Source: Phoronis australis
Taxonomy: Eukaryota > Animalia > Phoronida
NCBI GenBank assembly: GCA_002633005.1
Contig: NMRA01000439.1
Span: 1 to 64,000, forward strand
Length of the DNA: 64,000 nt
Direction: 5' to 3'
Positions 38,901 through 51,090 of the stretch are shown here, piece by piece. Made by a program: the position numbers and the translations under genes. The notes under the pieces are model-generated. The model searched no databases, was not told the DNA's origin, and saw only the letters and a list, made by a program, of their open reading frames with translations. Position 1 is the stretch's first letter, and every line of letters begins with the position of its first letter.

Positions 38901-40517
38901 ACCGAACAGGTACTTTTAACAGTTTCGAGTTTCTTAGTTTTCAATTTTTACTTGGTGTATAGTTTATGGTTTAATGAACATCTATGAACTTAATTATGAT
39001 GTCGTTTGAATAACATGTAACAATGACGTGTTTACAGGGTGGTTTAAAATACATATAGATTATTACATAGATTTGGGGAATTATCACCCTCGGGGCTAAC
39101 GCCCCTCGGGCGATTATTTTCCAAAATCCACTCGGGCTCTAGATAATGGGGGATAACGACTGAGAACATGTAATAATCTATTTATACCACATACTAAACG
39201 AGAAACATTGCAATGAATCAATTTACCTTTTCTGACTTTCCACGGCTTTGTAACTACTTTCTATGTCAGAGGCCCGGGGTCGGAGGTCGTGACCTTTTAA
39301 GAAAAGCCGGGCTATTTTTGTCAAATAATGCTTTTACTCAAAACCAATTGAAAACTTAAATATAATAGAAATAAATTGAATTTATAAATGAAGGTTTACC
39401 AACTATTATAGCTTAAAACACGTTTTTTTTCACGCTAAACTTCGACCGGGAAATTATCGTCTGCTAAAGTAGGTTACCACTGGTAACTGAATATAATTCT
39501 CAAGTCAAAGATCCTGACGACACGATACCCGCATTCAAACTGGAGATCGGTGATTTACAAGTAAGAGGACACGAGAAAAAAAATTCACCGAATTAAGATA
39601 TCATTTTTCGTAGCGCATAAGTACAGTGCGGTTTGTTGAACGTGCGATTATTGCGCGTGCTCATTTCAGCTTCCTATTTTCACTCTCGATGACGTCAGTC
39701 GCTGCATGGTGTAGTGGTAAAGTCGGCGACCTGCAATTTCAAGGTCCCGGGTTCGACTCCGTCCTCGGTTTCCCGCCAAATCGTTATCTCACTAGTGAGA
39801 TAACTTTATGGGTTATTACACGGTTGTATCTGCCATTTGACGCTAATATTGTGGTATAAACGCAACTTATGTCACTGCTTGTGATTTTGACAGTTTTAAC
39901 GACCTTTTTCTAGTTTTTGTAATCTGAAGACTGTCTGTAAGTGACTACTGCCTTTACAACGCCTAATTTTTGAAAATGTAATAATTCCCGATGTTTTTGA
40001 ATAGGTAAGATTGGTTGTTTTGTTAACGGTAGCACCCATTTTGAGATATCCACTATTTATGCGTATTTGGCTGGCGCATTATTATTTGGATTAGGACTTA
40101 AAGCAGTAAGGTTGTAAAAGAGGGATTTTTACCTTTAACTGATTCAAATACACCGATTGATCTCATCCTTGATTGGCCAAATTCGGAGTTGTACTCCAGA
40201 CCCCAATGCTATTTGAGGCTGGATTCGAAGCCACGGAAACCATAAACCCCGTACCCGGAATCAGTGGCATACGAAGCAGTTAGGAATATGGCAAATTCGG
40301 TCATTGGTTGGTTATCGTGGAATTTGTTGAAAATCCGGAAAATTCTTGCGCAGAGCGGTTTTTGTGATTTAGAATAGAGTTAGGTATTTCGTTGTGAAAG
40401 AGAAATTGCAAGTTTGATGCAGGATGTCGATGCGAATTCGTTAGATGGGGGAAGATATATGGTCTAAAAGTTCAAGCGATGCAAGTTTTGTCTATCTATC
40501 TATCTATCTCTCTCTGT

Positions 40518-40564
<47 letters not shown>

Positions 40565-40568
40565 GCTG

Positions 40569-40605
<37 letters not shown>

Positions 40606-40620
40606 TTATCTATCTCTCTG

Positions 40621-40655
<35 letters not shown>

Positions 40656-43600
40656 CTCTGTCTGTCTGTCTATCTATCTATCTCTCTGTCTGTCTATCTA
40701 TCTATCTATCTCTCTGTCTGTCTATCTATCTATCTATCTATCTGCCTGTCTGTCTGTCTATCTATCTGTCTGTCTGTCTGTCTGTCTATCTATATATCTA
40801 TCTATCTGTCTGTCTGTCTGTCTGTCTGTATATCTATCTATCTATCTGTCTGTCTGTCTGTCTCTCTATCTATCTATCTGTCTATCTTTCTATTTATCTA
40901 TCTATATTTATATACATGTGCGTGCGTGCTTGCGTGCGTGCTTGTGTGTGTGTGTGTGTGTGTGTAGATATAGATATATAGATATATAAAGATAGAGATA
41001 TATAGAGATAGATATAGATATAGATATATAGAGATATAGAAAGATAGGTATAATCACTAGTTTCTGCTCATACAATTATGATTACAAGACTACGCAAGAA
41101 ATCAATGGAGTCTTGAGTACAGGATTGTAGTTGTGATAAGTAACAATTAAAGTTTCCCTAGAGATCTAGCGATAATTGGCCTGTTGTTTTGGTTGTCATG
41201 GCAACTAAAATTGTTTCGAAAGTAATGTAGAACTTGTTTGTGTAAAAACTTGTAAAATATTTTCAAGCAGGACATATTACATATTAAGATTGTCTTCAAG
41301 CAGAGGTGATTTTGTAATTTGCGTATTGGATTTGTGTGGACAAAATGGCGTGAGTTGTTATTAGTAAGGCTCGTTCCGGAAGGAAGTGTAATCAGCTGAC
41401 ATTTTCAAGTCCCCATATTGTGATGGATGAAGGAGTAACAAATCGCTGTTAGTGTGAATAAAGGGTGGTATTTCTTGAATCTAATGAATACGCTCCAAGT
41501 TAAGACCAGGATGAACAGTTGTCAGACGTTACCCCCAAAAACTTAAATGTTTCAACGTAAATTAGGCATTGGCTGTTTATGCTTTCAGTCAAAACTCAGA
41601 CGGATATTCGTGTCAAAACAATCACCGTTCACTTGCGTGGCCTTGTGTGTTCTCGCCAAACTTGCAAGAATTCTTTACTAGGTTAGCGCTGACCTAGCGA
41701 GGATCCCATGTGTTTATTTTCATTACAGGTAGAGCAAGGGAACTGGGGTCCATGGAAGCCGAAATGCGTAGTCAACCAAGCGTGTACTCGTACTATAATA
41801 CTGCAGTCGAGAAATTGCACAGATAATGGTACCTGTAAAACGGGCTGTTATCAACTCTACCGGTCTTGCTTCAAAACAGTTTGCTCAGATGGTAAAATGA
41901 CTTAACGCAAAATTTGTGTACATCTACAGACAGAGGGTAGCGCTGAGAATATTACACCCATTTGGTCACCTCTAATGTGGTTGCCAGGGCTCACGCCGCG
42001 CGACGTCTGGAAATCGTGCGAAGCATGTAGCCTACCCCTCTATCTCAACTATTGAGGGTCTGTTCAGGAGATTAATAATTTCCCTCCCGAAACAGGTACA
42101 GAATCGATGCCAATTTTTGCGAAATATCATCAAAAGGTCCTTATCACTGTTTCAGATATTCGAATCACCCCTTGCGTAACCCTGGCTACCGCTCTAGACT
42201 TGAGAGAAATTGTATTTCACCAAGTAATAGACGAGTTGCCTGAAGTGAAAAACTGGCGAGCTCGGCAAATGTCCGGCGGCGTACTCTGAAATTTGCCTAA
42301 AATTTCAAAAGTTACCTGAAGTATTTAAGTTGCCGAAATGAAATACACTAAACCAGCTGGGTTCTGACGAACACAAACTGAAAATGTGGCGAAAGCAGTC
42401 GCCATTAGGCTTTTTTGCGGAATTATCAACATATTCTATACAAATCTCTTTAAATTTGCCTCTCGCCATTTATTCAAAAATATATTTCGCTCATTGAGTC
42501 GTCCAGGATTTCAATTTTGTGGAACTGAAATCTTTCAGTGACATTTTTCTTTAATTTGGGTTTACGAATTGTTGTGAAGGAAACGTGAACGGAATAGGGG
42601 GAATGATTACTTTACAATACAGGCATGCATCATAAAAACTGTGAAAGTAGAAAATTCCAAATTTCTTTGAAAACCGTTGTTCGACAAAATGTCGCCCAAA
42701 GCCAGCACACTTGGGTGACACTGGTTTGTGACTGGTGCGTTCTCTCTTTGGCACAACTGGAAAGTTTCCAACCTTTCTAGACAACTGGCAAGAGGATTCA
42801 TGGGACGTCTGGAAGTACAACTGTGTATGCGGTGAAAACTTCGGATACCGCGAGCGAACGTGCCCCACGGGGAACTGTGACGGATGTTCTGCTGACAAAA
42901 TCGACTGCACGCAGTACAGAGGTGTATACACTTGCATGAGGCCAGGCGGTACGTGACCAACCGTAGGAACATCTCTTGGCAGCCTAGTCCCTAATTCTCA
43001 AGATGGCGATGATCGGTTTCACCATTAATTTGAGGCTTGGTTGCGGGAAATGCCCTCTGCGCAATGATTGGCCGCTGTCTTGACGTCATTGAAACAAAAG
43101 CAGATTTTATTATCTCAGTCACATGCGTTGTTGCTGCTACTCGTGAAGTAGAACGCATTGTTACTTGGCGAAATAAATTTCGCCAAGTATGTTGCTCTTC
43201 CACTAAGTTTGTTTTTACTTGGCGAAATAAATTTCGCCAAGTATATTGCTCTGACACTAAGTTTTTTTTTTTGTTTTTTTTTGTTTGTTCGCACGATACA
43301 GGTCGCAATTTTCGTCCGATCGTCACGAAATTTACACACAACACGTACTTCCGTAAGTACTGGAAGCCTATTGTTTTTCGTCAAAATCGGATCCAAGATG
43401 GCGGCTGTGGCGGCCATTTTGTTTCCATTTAAAGGTTCAAATGCTTCTGTAGGCCACAAATTTTTACGTAAAAGGCTAAGAATCGGCACAGTTAATGGAC
43501 CGGAAGTTTGCTACAAGTATACCGGAAATTGTTTACTTCCGGTTAAATATGGCGGAAATATTAGCGATATCGCATGCGCACCTCGATTTTGGCCTAAAAA

Positions 43601-46600
43601 TGTTTTCTCCTCTAGAGGGCGCATTATCAAACCAATTCCTTCGAATTTTTACAGGTATTAGTTTCTTATAACATGCTATTATACAAAGCCGAAAAACCTT
43701 AAGTTGCTTTCAAGATGGCAGATATGGCGCATGTTGACCCATTTTCAGTCGTCTGGGGTGCGATTTTAAACGGGAACACAAAAAGACGTGATTTTTTGCA
43801 TGTAGATTCTTTTAAGTGTAATCTTTGAAATGGCCTGTAACAATTTTTTCTCAGACTTACCGTTTTCGAGTTATTTGACTTTGAATTTCTTAAAAAAACC
43901 CAAAATTTCATTTTTTCGAAAAATTTTCGGAATTAGGCGATACCATCAGTTTAGATAGAATTTTGAACGGGCTTTCAGAAGATGTTTTCCATTTTTCGCT
44001 AGGACGACTACTTTTTGAGTTATTTGAGATTTTCTGATAACGCTGTTCCTTTGTTGAGCGCTCTTGCTGCATTGATGTTGGTTTATCTTCTATTGAACTA
44101 GACTGTAGCCTATTTCTTATTGATTTATGACATCTAAGTTCATCATATGAATGTTGTGATGTTGTTCATCATCGCCACCACGATCATCATATTCGTCATC
44201 ATCGTCGTCATCGTCGTCATCTTCGTCATCATCTCCGTCGTTGTATTTTCCGTTAATTTCGCCAAGTGTCGCACAAGAGTGTATCCTTTTTCTTACTGAT
44301 TTCGGACTTCTACGTTCGTCATGTGTATGTTATTATTACTTCTTTAGTTCATCCTCGCTACCATCATCGTCATATTCGTCATCTTCGTCATCATCTTTAT
44401 CGTCATCTTTTTGGTTAATTTCGCCAAGGTTCGCTCCTCGGAGCGCTTTCATTTTTTGTTTGTTCGCACGATACAAGTCACAATTTTCGTCCGATCATCA
44501 CGAAATTTACACATAACACGTACTTTCGAAAGTACTGGAAGCCTATTGTTTTTCGTCAAAATCGGATCCAAGATGGCGGCTGTGACGACCATTTTGTTTT
44601 TATTTTAAGATTCAAAGGCTACAATTTTTTTACGTACAGAGCTGAAAATCGGCACAATAAATGGACCGGATGTGCACTACACCTATACCGGAAATTGTTT
44701 ACTTCCGGTTAATGTTGGCGGAAACATCGGTGATCGCGCATGCGCACCTCGATTTTGGCCTAATAACGTTTTCTCCTGTAGAGGGCGCATTATAGAGCCA
44801 ATTCCTTCGAAGTTTTACGGATATTAGTCTTTCATGACATGCTATTATATCAATCCAAAAAACCGGAAGTTGCTTTCAAGATGGCGATCTTTCGCATGTT
44901 GACCCATTTTCAGTCGTACTTAGGTGCCATTTACACGGGAAAAGAAAATGACGTGAATTTTGCATGTGGACTCTTTAAGGTATATTCTTTCAAATGAACT
45001 GTAACAATTTTTTCTCAGACTTACCGTTTTTGAGATATTTGACTATAAATTTCTTTTAAAAAGGCAAAATTTCATTTTTTCGAAAAAAAATACAAAATTG
45101 TGTGATACTATCAATTTAGATAGAATTTTGGACGGGCATTCAGAAGATATTTTCCATTTTCCGCTACGACGTCAACTTTTTGGAGTTATTTGAGATTTTC
45201 TGATTACGCTGTTCCTTTGTTGAGCGCTCTTGCTGCATTGATGTTAGTTTATCTTCTATTGAACTAGACTGTAGCCTATTTCTTATTGATTTATGACATC
45301 TAAGTTCGTCATATGAATGTTGTGATGATGTTCATCATCGCCACCACCATCATCATATTCGTCATCATCGTCATCATCTTCGTCATCATGTCCGTCGTTG
45401 TCTTTTCCATTAATTTCGCCAAGTGTAGCCTTTTTCTTACTGATTTCGGACTTCTACGTTCGTCATGTGTATGTTATTATTACTTCTTTTGTTCATCCTC
45501 GCCACAATCGTCGTCATATTCGTCATCTTCGTCATCATCTTTATCGTCATCTTTTTGGTTAATTTCGTTTTTTTTGTTTGTTCACACGATACAGGTCGCA
45601 ATTTTCGTCCGATCATCACGAAATTTACACATAACACGTACTTCCGGAAGTACTGGAAGCCTATTGTTTTTCGTCAAAATCGGATCCAAGATGGCAGCTG
45701 TGGCGGCCATTTTGTTTTCATTTAAAGGTTCAAATGCTTCTGGAGGCTACAATTTTTTTACGTAAAAGACTAAGAATCGGCACAGTAAATGGACCGGAAG
45801 TTTGCTACAACTATACCGGAGATTGTTTACTTCCGGTTAAAGATGGCGGAAATATCGGCGATCGCGCATGCGCACCTCGATTTTGGCCTAAAACTGTAGA
45901 GGGCGCATTATGATACCAATTCCTTCGAATTTTTACAGGTACTAGTTTCTTATGACACGCTATTATACAAAGCCAAAATACCGGAAGTTGCTTTCAAGAT
46001 GGCGGTTCTGGCGCATGTTAACATATTTTCAGATGTGCTAAGGTGCCACCTAAACGCGATGAGAAAATGACGTGAATTTTTGCATGTGGATTGTTTAAGG
46101 TATATTCTTTCAAATGCTTTTAACAATTTTTTTCTCAGACTTACCGTTTTTGAGATATTTGACTTTAAATTTCTTAAAAAAAACCAAAATTTCATTTTTT
46201 TCGAAAAAATTTACGGAATTATGTGATACTATCAATTTAGATAGAATTTTGAACGGGCTTTCAGAAGATATTTTCCATTTTCCGCTACGACGTCTACTTT
46301 TTGAGTTATTTGAGATTTTCTTATAACGCTGTTCCTTTGTTGAGCGCTCTTGTTTTGATTATCGTTTGAAATAAAGGTTGTTGGTGTATTTATTTTCAAT
46401 TCTTTTTTATTAATAGTATCATAGACATCAATCTGTTTTCGCTTCAAAATATGTAATTTTTGCAATAATGCAGACTTTAAACTGATAAAATATACGGTTA
46501 GTTCTCATTTTTGTGTTATATCTCAGAAAATTTTAAAGTTGATATAACGTTACATTCCTCGTGATATTTTGGTGATTTTCGTAAGAATGTGACACCTTTA

Positions 46601-48368
46601 TCCAGCCTCAAATGGCTAAACCGATCAGCGCCAGTGTAAATCCAATGAAAGCGAGCCTCAAAAGTCAAAATGCATTGAACGGTGCATAAAACTTGAAAAC
46701 TTATCCGCTAGATAAGTTTGATTGTTCTTCATGACGTCAAATGCATTTTTCAACAATAACAGCGTGACGCGCGACAGTTTGACGTTTGATTCCTGTACCG
46801 GGTTGCATGAAACAGTCCCAAATAGGGACTCATCTAAGCTCCCTAAATCTCTTGCCTATTTGCGTCTTTGTTTACTCACAGTTGTAGGCTTTTTTCTATA
46901 ATTCCATCTTTATTATGATCCCCTCTTTGACTGAAGTCATTTTCTAATAATATAACTAAAAAGTGAGTCCTGAATTCAATGAAAATAAATAGGGACTTAG
47001 TCCTTAAGTTAGGAGCGATGCATGAAAATATTCCTATACATTTTCGATAATACTGAGAATTCAACGTCGAGTTCACTCTTGATTTGTATCAAAGCCTAAA
47101 ATTGACTAAGTAATGGAACTAAAACAGCATAAGAAAGAACAATCGGTGTTTTCAGAAGTTCACAAATACGCAATAGATTTAGATAACTTAGTTGAGTCCC
47201 TATTTGGACTGTTTCATGCAACTGACCATGCTGTCCAGCATGTAATTTTTATCCAAACCGGCGCCGGTATATAGATTAGCACGTCTTGTGCGAAATGACA
47301 GATTCTCGAGCCACGGGCGGGGCATTTTAGACGGGGTCTATTCGTTGTACTCGGATTCGGACACGAGATTACTTGTTGGCATATTCTGATCTACTCTCGT
47401 GCTAACTGAAGATAAGTGTCTTAAATTTGTGCTCTAGTATTTTGTGTTTTACGTGGATTCCATTCGAGTCTGAACAGGCCGTCCACTTACATGGGATCGC
47501 GCACGTTGGTGAATTGCTTTGTTTCTCCTACCAAATTAAATGGCGAATGAAACCTTGGACTCGTGAAAACGGCAAAAATCTGATAAGATGGCAGCGTTTC
47601 TTTACCATATTTGTGGAATCTTCAAGAAATCTATGTCGGAATCTAGTATTGGCACATTAGCAGCTAAGTGGTGACTTGGGGCTGAAAAAATGTCCATTTT
47701 TTTCTTTTTTCCTAAACCGGTCTTTCTTCAATTCTCGGTGCAATTGAACCAGCTACTGAAAACGTGAGACAGCGTCGAGTTTCTTTGGTTCTTTTTTGTT
47801 TATCGGCTTAGGATTTTTTACTCTGGTACCCGCGGTATATGTGTCTACCGCGGGTATCAGAAATGTGTTCTCAGTTTGCGCTTCGTGCTTTGTTACTGTT
47901 GTTACTTACAGCGCCCTCTACTCTCAGTTAACATGCGTGACAGTTTAATACATATAAACACCATTTCTTACACCGGAACACGTACTAATTAAAATATGGT
48001 ATCTCGGTTTGCGACGTGTATTAGAGGCACTTCATATTTAGTCACACGACAAAAATTAAATTGCCAGGTGAAAGGCAAGAAATATTCCCTACAGTTCAAG
48101 ACCCACTGACTATATTAGCATACATGTATTTGAAATTGGTGTGCGGTGAAAACGCCTTCAAGACAGTAAGAGCGAGTTGACTGGAAATGCGTTGAGTGCG
48201 GAGGAGAAGCGTTAACGTAATCGTGTGGACAAAGCCCGGTGCCCCCTGGCGGTTAGGTAATACATCAGATTTTTAGACAAAAATGTCATGACGATTTTAG
48301 AGAAACGACCAGCAGTAAAGTTATCTCTCTTACACTTCCAGGTAAACCTACTGACAGACCGACACACG
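35918..48368 (+). CDS. Putative secreted protein with two thrombospondin type-1-like (TSR) modules; start codon and 3' end not located
   Basis: Phase-consistent exons 35918-35966, 38884-38909, 41729-41891, 42781-42948 and possibly 48342-48368 give [38 protein letters not shown]...QSRNC...[36 protein letters not shown]... Confidence 0.6.
37225..37507 (+). pseudogene. hAT transposase relic (C-terminal dimerisation motif)
   Basis: 37240 onward reads [21 protein letters not shown]; a shifted frame then gives [11 protein letters not shown]; ends with a TIR-like tcctagattcggcactg. Confidence 0.65.
39699..39772 (+). mobile_element. tRNA-derived (Cys-GCA-like) SINE head / tRNA pseudogene
   Basis: A box TGGTGTAGTGG, B box GGTTCGACTCC, loop ctGCAat; acceptor stem does not pair. 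Confidence 0.55.
40490..41045. repeat. Compound (TCTA/TCTG)n-(GCGT)n-(GT)n-(TAGATA)n microsatellite
   Basis: Directly visible; explains ORF 40445..40981. Confidence 0.97.
41729..41891 (+). CDS. TSR-like exon ([54 protein letters not shown])
   Basis: GxWxxW and RxC motifs; strong acceptor TTTTCATTACAG; donor G|GTAAAA. Confidence 0.78.
42781..42948 (+). CDS. TSR-like exon ([43 protein letters not shown]...)
   Basis: WxxW...CG...RxRxC pattern; acceptor CCTTTCTAG; phase 1-1 (alternatively reads on to a stop at 42956). Confidence 0.75.
43160..46345. mobile_element. Three head-to-tail ~1.1-1.2-kb copies of a Helentron-like non-autonomous element with a terminal palindrome and (TCA/TCG)n spacers
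   Basis: Unit start tttgtttgttcRcacgatacaRgtcRcaattttcgtccgatc at ~43281, ~44455 and ~45573; palindrome tacttggcgaaat-aa-atttcgccaagta at 43162 and 43216. Confidence 0.8.
46802..47222. mobile_element. ~420-bp TIR element (Harbinger/Tourist-like MITE)
   Basis: gttgcatgaaacagtcccaaatagggactcatctaag / cttagttgagtccctatttggactgtttcatgcaac. Confidence 0.75.
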
Positions 48369-50214
48369 GTAAGGATAAAGTTGAACATGTAGAATACGAT
48401 TACGTACTCGCCCTTGCGTTTGGCTGCTTGGCCGTGACTGGGTGTTTCGTGGCTGGCTTTTGCGACCTCGGCACTAAGTTCAACGAAGATGACGAGGAAT
48501 TTATGGACATACCAGGAGATATTCACATAGAGCCAATGCCGGCAATTAACGCTTAATTTCTAGCTATGCTCGAGGAATTACGAGATGTAATATTTTTTCA
48601 ACTAAGCGCGGAGGACACTTAGAGTTCTTTAGACTACACTTCTTGCGAGAAAGGTGAGATCACACTAGACCAAGCAAAATCACACTAGTGAAAGTCTAGT
48701 GTTTCGCTAGTGTTCGAGACCTTCCCGATGGTGTAACGGCTAGAAAAATGTGGCCCACGGAGTACTGAAAAGATTGGTCGCGGTGAGGTTATGGTGACGT
48801 ACGGGACAGAATCAATAAATTACTGGATAGCATTTGCGGCTTCTGTAATTTTGTTTCGTACGCGAAGATTTCTCGCCGCTAGTGTATGACTAGGTTTGCA
48901 GAACGCATCCCTGGAAATGGCCATGCTGGTCACATGGAAATTCCGAAGCCATCCTATGACTTGAAGAGTGTGTTCATAGTTGACATTAGCGAATGCTTTA
49001 GGTTGTGTTATAAATTCTAAAAATGTGTAATTATGTTTTTGCAAACTTAGCCAACATGTAGTGTTTAAAGACAATCAATTGACTTCATGGCATTTTTCAA
49101 CGTTCCTAACTGGCAGTCGTAGAACACTAACTGCATAGGCTTGCCTTTTTCAGAACTCGAAAAATGACTTTTGGCAAACAGATAGTCAGCAGAAAGCATA
49201 GATCGTCTTTGGAGTACATTCATGTTCCAGTAGTCGTAATATAATTGTAAGCCCTGGTTGTTCAAGCAGTCTCACTTAATGTTGTAGGGTGCTTTGAGGA
49301 TGGTTCAGAAATGGACCGAACTTCAAATAAGAAAAAATAAAAAGTGGTCCTCACCAAAGAGCTTTCATCCGCAGTATATCCATAACAAACAGAAACTGTG
49401 TTGTCTTCTTTCACCACTTGGATGTTTTATGATGCATTGTAGCACGCATGTGTGAAGCGGGATGTCCCAAGGCAATAGCAATATTACCGAAACAGCGTTT
49501 AACTCATCTTTATACAAATTATAAATGATCATTTGTACCTACTTATGGAAAAATTATGGCATATAAAACAAAAAATAAATTCAAATAATAAAGCGCTCTG
49601 AGGAGCGACACTGAATGAAATCAAATGAAAATTTAAAAGTGGCAGCGAAACCAAAAACATCAACAAACATAAGCCGACGCCTATTACGCCAACGTATTAG
49701 ACTGCCTGTGAAGAGAGCTATTTGCATCCCAAATTTAAAAAGGTTCGGTCAAAGGATCGCGGATCCTATAGCTCCGCAAACATAATTCCAAAAATGGCCG
49801 TCACAGCGCTATGTTGCGTCCGATTTCACCCAAAAATAAAAGCCGTCGGGCCACTGACTAAATAAACACTACGCAAATTTTAAGTCGTATCGATCAGACG
49901 AAATATGTGATCTCTAGCAGAAATATGATAGACAAACATTGTCCAGTTGTAAATAAGTACTCGATAACAGTGGCGGATCTAAGATATCACAAGGGGGAGC
50001 CAACATTTTGTCTGTAAACATTTGCTCAAAGCACGATTGTAGGTGCACATAGCACTGAATTGGGGAGGTCGGGAGGAGGGTTTGCCCCCCTCCCGCTCAG
50101 GAAATTTTTCTGTTTTTTCTTCTAGAATTCAAGCATTTTCCTTGATTCCCGAAGTATTATCCAAGAAAAAAAAAGCCAAAAAAACGAAGTAGGTGTCAGC
50201 CAGGAAAAACTGTA

Positions 50215-50277
50215 TGAACCACTGACTGTAACTCACGACCTAGCGAACATAGCGCGCGTGCTCTACCACTGCACCAC
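50215..50277 (-). mobile_element. Degenerate tRNA-derived SINE-like head
   Basis: Minus strand gtggtgcagtggtagagcacgcgcgct...ggtcgtgagtt; A box clear, B box decayed. Confidence 0.4.
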
Positions 50278-50932
50278 AAAGATTTAAAGTCCTTCTCTCA
50301 CGCGTTGTTAACCCTTATTACATGGTTAGAGGATGTTATAAGGATCCGAGAAGTACCTACCCCATAACTAATACACGATCCATACTCGAAAAAAGTTTAA
50401 ATGAACGCCCCACTCACGATTCGCACCCGAAAAACCACCGCCCTTTTGAACTTACCGCGAACCCGGAAGTACAATTCATTCAGGAACCCAGGCCGAGAAA
50501 ACGCCGTCTGTGCGACTGGAGCAGTGCCTGTACTGTTACCAGCCATCAAACGGGGATAAAATAATCGACAGCGCGCCTTAATTTTAATAAAATCAAACTA
50601 CGGACAATTTTATCAAATTTGCTGAAGAAATGTGGCGAATAAATTTTGACAGAAATTATTTTGCCAGACTCGGGACCGCAGCCTATCGGACCCGGTGCGG
50701 ATCGAGACCAGACACTGGCGAACGGTAAATGCATGCGGTTGCAAGCTGTTTTGTCGAAGTAAAATGGTCAAATGATAAATGCTGCATATATTCAAGGGTA
50801 GTTTCAGACACTTGCATGAAATTACGGGCTGGTTAGTCCTGTGTCACACTGCCGCGGCAGACCTTAGTTAGCCTCAGTCACCAGCTACCAGTGAAGACTA
50901 TAGTCAAAATACAGCTTGTTAGTAGGCCTTTA

Positions 50933-51090
50933 CAGCCTCCCGTTCAGTAGCGCTAGGACCTCGCTAAGAAGCAAGACTTCGCGAGATTACGTGAGATATT
51001 GCCGTGTATTTTAAATGAGAACATGTGACTTTGACTAGGATTTTGCAAGGTCCTAGCGTAGGTCCTAGCGTCTACTGAACGCACGCCAGC
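50933..51090 (+). mobile_element. Copy of the ~165-bp MITE
   Basis: Near-identical to 62529-62691. Confidence 0.85.

Noticed and set aside
40445-40981. 178-aa ORF (LSIY repeats)
   Set aside because: It is a translation of the TCTA/TCTG microsatellite
42623-42780. Alternative acceptor TTTACAATACAG upstream of the second TSR exon
   Set aside because: All three frames hit stops at or before 42780; the acceptor at 42780 preserves the frame
42991-46465. Cluster of overlapping 66-167-aa ORFs
   Set aside because: They lie within the tandem element, the frames are not preserved among copies, and no protein motif is recognisable
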